Positions 38,846 through 46,808 of a stretch of 64,000 nucleotides of DNA are shown here, piece after piece. Origin of the DNA: Candidatus Nanohaloarchaea archaeon. Lineage in GTDB: Archaea > Nanohalarchaeota > Nanosalinia > Nanosalinales > Nanosalinaceae. The stretch covers positions 32,001 through 96,000 of the forward strand of contig JACOQA010000002.1 of assembly GCA_014297435.1 (NCBI GenBank), written 5' to 3'. How positions within the stretch are numbered: position 1 is the first letter of the stretch; the number at the start of each line of letters is the position of its first letter. The notes under the pieces were generated by a model. That model did no database searches and was not told where the DNA came from. It saw nothing but the letters and a program-made list of their open reading frames with translations. Made by a program: the position numbers and the translations under genes.

Positions 38846-39868
38846 CTAAATTCTTTTACCCTCAACGGCAATCAACAGATTCTCGCCTTTTTCAACCTGA
38901 AAACTTCGGTCAAACTCTTCAAGAATATCTATAGAGCTCTTCAGATGGCTTGTCATCGACCTAACTTTTATTTCTCCGCCAAAAAGACCAAGATAAAGCA
39001 TTAGCTGATCAGCCATGTGTTCATCGACCGCTGCATCAGAGGAATGAAACTTCTTAAACCCCCGAACAGCTTCATTCGCAACTTCTTCACTCCTCTTTCC
39101 CTTTTCCCCCAAAACATCAAATCCGGCTACGGAGTTCTCGTAAACAGCTTTAACCACTAAAGTAGAACCTGTGGAACTGGTTTTCCTGTAACTTACGTTT
39201 TTCTCGACAGGTTTCGACATATGCGAATTCTTCAGTATTCTTTCGGCCTCATCTGCCTGCCTGTCCGCAACATTCTGCGATTCCAGGTCCTTAGACGCTT
39301 TCGAGTAAACCTCGAACCTTTCGAGTTCACCTCTCTCCTTTAATTCTATAGGCTCGAATTCACTGCTTTCAACCGTCAAATTGGCTTCTCCGTTGCCTGA
39401 AGGATAGTAACCGGTCTTTTCCAGATCTACTGAGGCTTTTAAACCAAATTTCTCCAGTAAAGGAAGCTTAATTTGTTTCAAGTAATCAATAGGCGGAGAC
39501 CATTTCACGTCCGTACCGCCTTTCCCGGTTAAACGGAAAGACCCGGAAAACCGTGTTCCGATAGGTATTACGGTGTCAAAAAGCAAAGTGATTGATCCTG
39601 CAGTCCCTATATTTGAAGTGAAAGATTCATTTCTTAGCTCCTGAGGCTTGAACACAAGTGAATCGGAGCCTAGTTCTGCACCTTCAACCTCTGCATTAGA
39701 AAGTCTTTGGACGGCCTTAACGCACTCTAGGTGCTGGTTTTTCAGCCCCGGATTCGACCTTGAACCCCTGATATTCTCCATCCGGAAAGCCTTGTTTTCT
39801 ACCGCGGAAAGTGTTAAAGCAGTTCTCAGGACTTGGCCGCCACCGTTTTCACCGTTTATCTCGATCAT
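38846..39868 (-). CDS. rtcA: RNA 3'-terminal phosphate cyclase
   Basis: MIEINGENGGGQVLRTAL, RSNPGLKNQH, GGTDV, GYYPSG, VDEHMADQL; true start ATG 39868. Confidence 0.95.
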   Translation of the reverse strand: MIEINGENGGGQVLRTALTLSAVENKAFRMENIRGSRSNPGLKNQHLECVKAVQRLSNAEVEGAELGSDSLVFKPQELRNESFTSNIGTAGSITLLFDTVIPIGTRFSGSFRLTGKGGTDVKWSPPIDYLKQIKLPLLEKFGLKASVDLEKTGYYPSGNGEANLTVESSEFEPIELKERGELERFEVYSKASKDLESQNVADRQADEAERILKNSHMSKPVEKNVSYRKTSSTGSTLVVKAVYENSVAGFDVLGEKGKRSEEVANEAVRGFKKFHSSDAAVDEHMADQLMLYLGLFGGEIKVRSMTSHLKSSIDILEEFDRSFQVEKGENLLIAVEGKRI

Positions 39869-39911
39869 GATATAGGTTGATGGCTTAAAGCTTTGAACCA
39901 GTTTCGGTTCT

Positions 39912-40433
39912 ATGGGCGACAAGTACTTCGACCTAGACCGAGATGAGCTTCTTGAGATGCTGGATTTTCTTGAAGAGGATGTCGAAAACGTCAGAAGGGT
40001 CGCCAAATTTATCGAGGAAAAAGATATCGACGCAGAGTTCCTTTTCCATGGAAAAAGCGAGTCAGCAAAGGATTCAGCGGAGAAAACAGATCTCGACCTT
40101 GATCAGATCGTGAAGACCCTGGTTTTCAAGACAGGGAACGACTTCGTTGCGGTTCTGTGCCCGGGCGACAGCAGAGTTTCCGAGCAGAGCCTGGAGGATT
40201 TGACAGGTTCGAAGGTCAGGATGGCAAAACCTTCGGAAGTGGAAAACCATACCGGTTATATTGTCGGAGGTGTTTCACCTTTCGATCTTGATATCGATGT
40301 TTTCATGGATATCTCGATACCTGAAAAGGACTTGGTACGCCCTGCCGCGGGCTCCAGGGTTGTTGGAGTTGAGCTTGAACCAGAAGAACTTGTTAGAGCT
40401 TTAAACCCTTCAATCGAGGATATATGCAGATAG
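39912..40433 (+). CDS. YbaK/ProX-family aminoacyl-tRNA editing protein
   Basis: QIVKTLVFK, TGYIVGGVSPF, AAGS. Confidence 0.9.
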   Translation: MGDKYFDLDRDELLEMLDFLEEDVENVRRVAKFIEEKDIDAEFLFHGKSESAKDSAEKTDLDLDQIVKTLVFKTGNDFVAVLCPGDSRVSEQSLEDLTGSKVRMAKPSEVENHTGYIVGGVSPFDLDIDVFMDISIPEKDLVRPAAGSRVVGVELEPEELVRALNPSIEDICR

Positions 40434-40462
40434 AAGAGTTGAGTTGTAAAGGTGGAACATAG

Positions 40463-41302
40463 ATGACCGGACGAAACCAAGTAGAAAGACAGCTGCAGGA
40501 AAGTGTGTTGGATCGCACAGGAGAACTGTGCTTCTATGCTTCAGAGGCGGAGAGAGCGCTGGACAGGTATCTTAAGACCAGAAAGCAGCCGTACGGAAGG
40601 ACAGCGCACGAAATGCTGGGGAAAACCGATGACCTGCTTTTCTACGCCGATAACCTGATGATCGAGGCAGAGGAACGAGACGGTGTGACCCTGATAGAGC
40701 CCTTCACTAGCGAACTGCCTTCGAACAGGGAGTTAAGATACATGCATGAAAGCGATGAGCTCGAAGGCGTCGTAACCCAGCTACTTGAAAGCATCAAGGA
40801 GGAATCGGAGGAACTCTATATGAAGGCTGTAAGCATTCCCTCTTACAGAGACCTAAGGAGACAGATCGATGCAGAGCAGCAGCGCGAAGAGCGGAGGGAG
40901 ATAGAGGAAGAGATGCTGGGGACGGCCCGAGAACTCAGGTTCTACAACAGCATACTTGAACACATATCCAGGACATCAAACAGCTTCAACATCGAGGCCG
41001 CGCTCGAGGAGGCCGAGAGGAACACAGAAAAAGGCTGGCAAGCCTACAAGAAGGGTATAGGACATTTCAGCGATCTTTCGGATTACAGAAGAAGGAACAA
41101 CCTAGAAGCCGGTAACAGATTCGTCAACCCGGATAAAGCAGGAAGCCCAAGCAACGCCGAGAACATAGAGAAAAGATCCGAAAGTTTCGGAGAGCAAGAA
41201 CTTTCAAGACAGATGGAAGAGTTCTTCGATACACTTAAACGGTCTGAAAACCTGATAAGCACCAACCCTCTGGACAAGCTGGATGACTCCGAAATTCTGT
41301 AG
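40463..41302 (+). CDS. Hypothetical helical protein
   Basis: 279-aa ORF after SD-like AGGTGG. Confidence 0.7.
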   Translation: MTGRNQVERQLQESVLDRTGELCFYASEAERALDRYLKTRKQPYGRTAHEMLGKTDDLLFYADNLMIEAEERDGVTLIEPFTSELPSNRELRYMHESDELEGVVTQLLESIKEESEELYMKAVSIPSYRDLRRQIDAEQQREERREIEEEMLGTARELRFYNSILEHISRTSNSFNIEAALEEAERNTEKGWQAYKKGIGHFSDLSDYRRRNNLEAGNRFVNPDKAGSPSNAENIEKRSESFGEQELSRQMEEFFDTLKRSENLISTNPLDKLDDSEIL

Positions 41303-41343
41303 AACCGCCAACAGTTTTAACCCTTAGACCCGCACAGCAAGTT

Positions 41344-42366
41344 ATGGACACCGAGGAGCGCAAACAACTGGTCCTGAGAAATACTACCGAAATCGTTACA
41401 GAAGAAGAACTTGACGAAGTTCTGGAAAAAGATAGTCCAACCACTTATGTAGGCTATGAGACCTCGGGTCCTGTACACCTCGGACACTGGGCATCCATAA
41501 GAAAACTGAACGATCTTCAAAAGGCAGGTTTCGACCTCAAAGTTCTCTTCGCAGATCTTCACACATACTTGAACAAGAAAGGCGAGGAGGAGTGGATCCA
41601 GACCATGACTGAGTACTGGGAAGCCACGTTCAAGGCCACAGGGCTTGACGCAGAGTTCGTCCGTGGCAGAGAGTTCCAGGAAGAGACAGAATACTTCCAT
41701 GACGTCCTCGAAATGTCGAAAGAAACCACGATTAACAGAGGGCAGCGTTCGATGGCGGAAGTTGCTTCAGGCGAAGAAGACAGCCAAAGCATTTCACAGA
41801 TCGTTTACCCGTTGATGCAAGCACTGGATATCGAATATCTTGATGTCGATCTATCTATGGGTGCGACCGATCAGAGAAAGATCCACATGCTAGCCAGGGA
41901 AGCACTGCCAAAAGTCGGTTACGACAAGCCGGCATGCCTGCACCACCCGCTGGTCGTGTCTCTACAGGGAACCGAGAAGATGAGTAGCTCTAAGCCAGGC
42001 ACCATGTTCCCTCTACATGCCTCCGAGGAAACAGTGAAGGAAAGGATCAAGGACGCCTACTGTCCTCAAGGCGAAATCGAGGACAACCCGGTAATCCAGA
42101 TCACACAGTTCCATATCTTCGGCGACGACGAAGAACTTGAGATAGAAAGACCGGAAGAGTACGGCGGAAACATCCACTACTCGAACCAGGAAGAGCTTGA
42201 GGAAGACTTCGAATCCGGCGAACTACACCCACAGGACCTGAAAAACTCGGTTGCCGACCACATCGCCGAGAAACTGGAACCGGTAAGGCAGAAGTTCAAA
42301 GATAATCCAGAGCTTCTGGACTGTCTGGAGGAGATCGGGCACGAGAAGCCGGATTACGTCAAATAG
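41344..42366 (+). CDS. tyrS: Tyrosyl-tRNA synthetase
   Basis: YVGYETSGPVHLGH, YPLMQALD, DQRKIHMLARE, KMSSS, LHPQDLK. Confidence 0.97.
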   Translation: MDTEERKQLVLRNTTEIVTEEELDEVLEKDSPTTYVGYETSGPVHLGHWASIRKLNDLQKAGFDLKVLFADLHTYLNKKGEEEWIQTMTEYWEATFKATGLDAEFVRGREFQEETEYFHDVLEMSKETTINRGQRSMAEVASGEEDSQSISQIVYPLMQALDIEYLDVDLSMGATDQRKIHMLAREALPKVGYDKPACLHHPLVVSLQGTEKMSSSKPGTMFPLHASEETVKERIKDAYCPQGEIEDNPVIQITQFHIFGDDEELEIERPEEYGGNIHYSNQEELEEDFESGELHPQDLKNSVADHIAEKLEPVRQKFKDNPELLDCLEEIGHEKPDYVK

Positions 42367-42446
42367 TCCGGTTTTTCTCCTATTTTTGAAAAGGGATGTT
42401 CTCCCGAGGACTCAGTTAGAAAAAATAGGAGAAAATATCGAAAATA

Positions 42447-43016
42447 TTACTGATTTTCCTGATACTCTTCAACTGCTTCTTCTAACATTTGCTTATTTTC
42501 TTCAAACAAATCATCAGCATTTTTCTTTGATTCTGCTCTTTGAGATTCATAGTTAACTAGATTCAATAAGCCCTGTGAATCTTCGTCCCCCATCAGTGCT
42601 TCAGCATAGTTGTCCGATCTTTGTTCTGATGAAAAGATGACATCGTGAATGGCACCATCACTTTGCTCGTAGATAGTGGCTATTGAATCCACAACAGCTC
42701 TACCCACACTTCTCCATTTATCTAGGGAATTATCTTGTGCATTCTCAACAGCGTTTGCGAAATGGACTGCGCCTCCATATACTGCTGAAGCTCCGTCTAC
42801 CAGGCTGTGTTCTCCTTCTCCCTCAGCAACATCGTTCGCCACCTCATATAGTCTTTCAACATCTTCTATCTCGACACCCGGAGTCATGTCCGAGGCGAAT
42901 TTCACAGTATCAAATCCGTACTCGAAGTGACCTTCGGTTTTCTCGGAAACTCCTGCGCCTTGTTCCAAAGCCTCATCAAGATGTTGTTCGACCGTTTGTT
43001 GAAGTTCGTCTTTCAT
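42447..43016 (-). CDS. Hypothetical acidic protein
   Basis: 189-aa ORF; TTTATAA about 27 nt upstream. Confidence 0.65.
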   Translation of the reverse strand: MKDELQQTVEQHLDEALEQGAGVSEKTEGHFEYGFDTVKFASDMTPGVEIEDVERLYEVANDVAEGEGEHSLVDGASAVYGGAVHFANAVENAQDNSLDKWRSVGRAVVDSIATIYEQSDGAIHDVIFSSEQRSDNYAEALMGDEDSQGLLNLVNYESQRAESKKNADDLFEENKQMLEEAVEEYQENQ

Positions 43017-43140
43017 ATGTAGTTATTTAAATCGAATACTTATAAATGTTACTGTGTAGTAGTTACACTTTTTTGTTGGATTTAGGGACCCATCAACATT
43101 AACTTAACTTCTAAAACTAGAATCTATACGTGATCCACGA

Positions 43141-43234
43141 ATGAAGGGTGGACGTTTTTCCAACAAAAGGTAGAATCGAAGCTGTAAAACCTGTTCTAGA
43201 AAAAGCTTTCTTCACAAGTGGTCTGTATGCTTGA
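43141..43234 (+). other. Micro-ORF cassette copy 4 (MKGGRFSNKR*, 43141-43173; +1 frame open to TGA 43234, overlapping the serS ATG)
   Basis: ATG AAG GGT GGA CGT TTT TCC; same motif as the three minus-strand copies. Confidence 0.45.
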
Positions 43235-44495
43235 TATCGAACTTTTCCGAAACAATCCCGAGAAGATTAAGGAGTCGGAGAAACGCCGCGACAAAGAACC
43301 TTCAAAGGTAGATAAGGTTGTAAAGACCGATGAGGAATGGCGTGAAAAGCTCCAGGAACTCGATAAGTTAAGACAGGAAAGAAATACTGTAGGCGATGAA
43401 ATAGCTTCGCTTAAACAAGAGGGTGAGGAAGCTTCCGAGAAGATCGAAAGAATGCAGGAAGTGAAAGAGAAGATATCTGAATTGGAGGAAGAAGTTGAAG
43501 ATCTCAAAGAGGAAAGAGATGAACTTCGTTACGAAATCGGTAATATCCTCCATGAATCCGTTCCTAAAGGCATGGATGAAGAAGATAACGTAGAGGAGAG
43601 AACTTGGGAGCCTGAGAATGGGAAGGACGAGGATTCCAGACTGGCAGCCGATATTATCGAAGAAAACGATTTAGTTGAGACAGAGAAGGCTGCAGAACTG
43701 GCAGGAGAAAGAGCTTACTACCTGAAAAAAGACTTGTTCCGCTTGAACCAGGCCTTGATCCAGTTCTCGATGGACCTTTTGAGCGAGAAAGGTTTCACAC
43801 CGATGCAGACACCTTACATGCTAAAGCACGAGCCTATGGCGGCAGCAGCCGAGCTCGAGGACTTTGAAGAACAGCTATACAAGATAGAAGATGAGGACAA
43901 GTACCTTATCGCTACTTCCGAACAGACCTTGGCTACTTTCCATAAGGACGATATCCTGCTTCCTGACGAGTTTCCGAAAAAGTACGCAGGATTTTCAACC
44001 AACTTCAGGCAGGAAGCCGGCAAACACGGACAACAAACCAGAGGCATCTGGAGAGTCCACCAATTCGAGAAAGTGGAGCAGTACATCTTCTGCAAACCCG
44101 AAAATTCGTGGGAGCTCCACGAGGAACTGCTTGATAACGCGGAAGAAGTTATGCAGGAGCTTGGACTTCCTTACCGCGTTGTGAACGTCTGTACTGGCGA
44201 TATGAATGATAATGCCGCGAAGAAGTACGATATCGAGGTCTGGAGACCTCCAATCGGCGAGTACGGAGAGGTCGTCTCGTGCTCTAACTGTACCGACTTC
44301 CAAGCCAGAAAAGTAAACGTCAGGATTCGCGGAAGCGATGAAAATCATGTAGCACATACATTAAACGCTACAGCAGTCGCAACCTCAAGGATCATGACAG
44401 CAATTATAGAGAACAATCAGGAAGAGGAAGGAGTAAGAATTCCTGAACCGCTCCAAAACTACATGGGCGGACAAAAGTACATAGAGACAGTTTAG
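43227..44495 (+). CDS. serS: Seryl-tRNA synthetase
   Basis: MLDIELFR, N-terminal coiled coil, LIATSEQ, FRQEAG, RVHQFEKVE, EVVSCSNCTDFQAR, HTLNAT. Confidence 0.97.
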   Translation: MLDIELFRNNPEKIKESEKRRDKEPSKVDKVVKTDEEWREKLQELDKLRQERNTVGDEIASLKQEGEEASEKIERMQEVKEKISELEEEVEDLKEERDELRYEIGNILHESVPKGMDEEDNVEERTWEPENGKDEDSRLAADIIEENDLVETEKAAELAGERAYYLKKDLFRLNQALIQFSMDLLSEKGFTPMQTPYMLKHEPMAAAAELEDFEEQLYKIEDEDKYLIATSEQTLATFHKDDILLPDEFPKKYAGFSTNFRQEAGKHGQQTRGIWRVHQFEKVEQYIFCKPENSWELHEELLDNAEEVMQELGLPYRVVNVCTGDMNDNAAKKYDIEVWRPPIGEYGEVVSCSNCTDFQARKVNVRIRGSDENHVAHTLNATAVATSRIMTAIIENNQEEEGVRIPEPLQNYMGGQKYIETV

Positions 44496-44779
44496 GCGCT
44501 GTGGGAGATTTCTCCGACCTTGCAATCCTCCTCTATCTTTTCTCCACCACAGCTTTCGTTTTCCGGAGCCGAAAGCAAAGCCATCAACTGAGTGTCCCTC
44601 AAACCTTTACCAGAGGAATTTTCTAGAGCATTCATAACGTCTTCTCTAAGATCCATCTCTTCATAATGTTCTGTATAGAAATCCTTCATCCCTTCTAGTT
44701 CTCTTCCGGTGTATTGACCTGTTTGACTTAGCTTCTGACTGAAAACATCGTAGGTCTCTATCTCGAAGTATTGGGACAT
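44492..44779 (-). CDS. Hypothetical small acidic protein
   Basis: 95-aa ORF with its own TTATAAA about 29 nt upstream. Confidence 0.55.
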   Translation of the reverse strand: MSQYFEIETYDVFSQKLSQTGQYTGRELEGMKDFYTEHYEEMDLREDVMNALENSSGKGLRDTQLMALLSAPENESCGGEKIEEDCKVGEISHSA

Positions 44780-44821
44780 GCTAACGTACCTGCTTCAATC
44801 TGAAGATTTATAAGAGATTGA

Positions 44822-45112
44822 CTAGTTTCCATCGCCGAACTCCCCCAGAGGGATCTCTGATGAGCCAAGATAATCAAAGGAATGTTCGTAATTCAGACCT
44901 CCATCAGCGACAGTTTCCTGATTTTCCTCTTCAAGCATCTCTGACTGGAAACCGTCCATCCCAAGCTGCTCGATATAATCCGGATCTTCGATTCCATAAG
45001 CTTCATCGCCCTCAACCATCAAATCGTCCTCTTTACTGGATTCGATATAGCCTTCAGGGTCTTGAACGATTGGAACTTCCGGATCTCTTCCTATCCTAGG
45101 ACAGTAATCCAT
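44822..45112 (-). CDS. Small acidic protein with TVADGG motif
   Basis: 96 aa; start overlaps the leader-peptide stop (TAATG); SD-like GGAGAGGGT. Confidence 0.65.
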   Translation of the reverse strand: MDYCPRIGRDPEVPIVQDPEGYIESSKEDDLMVEGDEAYGIEDPDYIEQLGMDGFQSEMLEEENQETVADGGLNYEHSFDYLGSSEIPLGEFGDGN

Positions 45113-45186
45113 TATAAACCCTCTCCAGATGTTTTTTCAGGTTTTGCGATGCGGCACCGTATTGTTGTGTGGTTGTGTGTTGTCAT
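45112..45186 (-). other. Thr/His-rich leader peptide MTTHNHTTIRCRIAKPEKTSGEGL*
   Basis: Read by hand; TAATG coupling to the 45112 gene; counterpart at 54884-54964. Confidence 0.55.
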
Positions 45187-45219
45187 ATCGAGTAGAACCT
45201 CGAAAAGAGAATTATTGGT

Positions 45220-45386
45220 TTAATGCAGCACTGCCACATTCACTGCGGCAGCGGAGAACATTTTAATTGAATGTTTAATTGAGGAGATCTGAGAAAACTT
45301 AGAGCAGAAGCTTCCGGGACTCAAGCACAAAACGTCCACCCTTGATTCCGCTCATATCCTAACAAAGTTCAGAAGACAGTTATATA
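45220..45386 (-). other. Promoter plus micro-ORF cassette copy 1 (MSGIKGGRFVLESRKLLL*, 45355-45299; +1 frame 45339-45220)
   Basis: TATATAA about 28 nt upstream of ATG 45355; AAG GGT GGA CGT TTT GTG C. Confidence 0.6.
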
Positions 45387-45400
45387 GTTTAGGACGGTTT

Positions 45401-46606
45401 CTACCAGACCATCAGTGAGTGCTCATCCCTTACAAGATCCTCATCCCATTTTTCAGGAACATTTTCAGGAACAAGTTTCCTGAGCTCCTCTTGATTCACT
45501 TCACCCAGAAGTCTTTTTCGCTCCTCTTTCATCTGTCCGGGTCTGTTTCTTATTGCGTCACGATCAGGCTCACCGTCAAAGCTTCCTCTAACGGCGTTAC
45601 CCAGTATGTGCGCCATGTCGTTGACGTCCTCGCCATTGATCCTCATGTCGTTATCGGAGTAAAGGATGAACTCGAGATCCGGATTAAATACGTATCTCCC
45701 GTCCCCGTCTGCCTCAACTAGGTATTCAGGAGCGCTCCTATCAATATGACCGAGCAAGCCAAGTCCATTGAGGGTTGCGGCGTGGCGACCCCACATCTCC
45801 GCGTCGTTCTTAGAGATACCCATACTATCAACAGGCTCTGACCATGAGTGAAGTATTCCAACATCAAGGTTCGATTTTTCATAACCTCTGTTTCTCGTTT
45901 TCGGTTCTTTGCTGTCTACCCATAATTGTTCAGGTCTTGTGAGACGTGTGAGTCCAGGATGTATTTGTCCTAATTCATCGTGTACGCCTTCGTCTCTATC
46001 GAGTGCTGTTCTCAGTCCTACTTCCTGTATCCAGCCTTGTTCTCCGTTTTCTATTTGACCGTTAGTGACGTCGTAGTTTCCTTCACCGAATACCTGTTGA
46101 AGGTTGGAAAGATCGCCGGCGTCTAGAGAGCTTCGGGTTATAAGGTCAGTATCATATGATCGGGCGACGCGTATTCCTATGTACTCATTGTCATCCGAAA
46201 CTGCGTATGCTGCACTTGGAGGCTGCTTTATTCCTTCAGGATCGAAATCTTCTCTAAAGAATATTTCAAACTCTTCATCCGGACCTTCTTCTGGCTCCAC
46301 CGCCAGTTTGACATCTAGCTCGTCTCTTTTTTCGTTGTATTCCTCCCAGAGCTGTTTCTGGTCTGGTTTCATCCGGGTACCTGTATTAGTGTTTCGCCCC
46401 ATGCTTCCTGAAGCCATGTATGAATTGCCCGAACGACCGCCATCGGATAGATCCTCTACAAGTTCATAAACAGGCTCGTGGACTATATCGAACATGTCTA
46501 GGACTGACTGCGGTTCGTCATCCACGTACACTTGGATGTCCTCAATGCGGCTTATATCGTAAGAATTCACTTCCCCCTCCCCGTCATAGCTACTGGCGAG
46601 TGACAC
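45401..46606 (-). CDS. Atypical protein-kinase-like (APH/Bud32-like) protein
   Basis: WGRHAATLNGLGLLGHIDRSAPEYLV...VFNPDLEF aligns by eye to G..LA.LH..G..HGDL...N.LV...IDxE. Confidence 0.5.
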   Translation of the reverse strand: MSLASSYDGEGEVNSYDISRIEDIQVYVDDEPQSVLDMFDIVHEPVYELVEDLSDGGRSGNSYMASGSMGRNTNTGTRMKPDQKQLWEEYNEKRDELDVKLAVEPEEGPDEEFEIFFREDFDPEGIKQPPSAAYAVSDDNEYIGIRVARSYDTDLITRSSLDAGDLSNLQQVFGEGNYDVTNGQIENGEQGWIQEVGLRTALDRDEGVHDELGQIHPGLTRLTRPEQLWVDSKEPKTRNRGYEKSNLDVGILHSWSEPVDSMGISKNDAEMWGRHAATLNGLGLLGHIDRSAPEYLVEADGDGRYVFNPDLEFILYSDNDMRINGEDVNDMAHILGNAVRGSFDGEPDRDAIRNRPGQMKEERKRLLGEVNQEELRKLVPENVPEKWDEDLVRDEHSLMVW

Positions 46607-46742
46607 TTATATCACTTCCGGCATCTTCAGTATGGATTTCCAAAGACCTGATAGAAGACTGCGAGTTAACCTTGCAGAAAGCATCCACCTTTTATTGTGG
46701 TGTAGCGCATACTTTATAGCGTTCAAACTCAGAATTTATAAA
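46590..46742 (-). other. Promoter plus micro-ORF cassette copy 3 (MRYTTIKGGCFLQG*, 46710-46666; +1 frame 46688-46590)
   Basis: TTTATAAA about 28 nt upstream of ATG 46710; AAA GGT GGA TGC TTT CTG C. Confidence 0.6.
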
Positions 46743-46808
46743 AGGACGTGGAGTCAGCGCCTCTAAAACCAGTATGGATTTAAGTGAGTTCATGTCTCAT
46801 GGAAGGGT

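Noticed and set aside
39869-40006. Ser/Arg-rich N-terminal extension of RtcA in the ORF track
   Set aside because: Overlaps the divergent YbaK-family gene; the family start is MIEINGENGGGQ at 39868.
40424-40466. Possible fifth cassette (ATG CAG ATA GAA GAG TTG AGT TGT AAA GGT GGA ACA TAG)
   Set aside because: Lacks YGNNTT; AGGTGG sits at normal SD distance from ATG 40463, so a plain SD explains it.
45299-45355. IKGG as a double-glycine bacteriocin/RiPP leader
   Set aside because: Leaders are too short, and no C39 peptidase transporter or modification enzyme is visible in the window.
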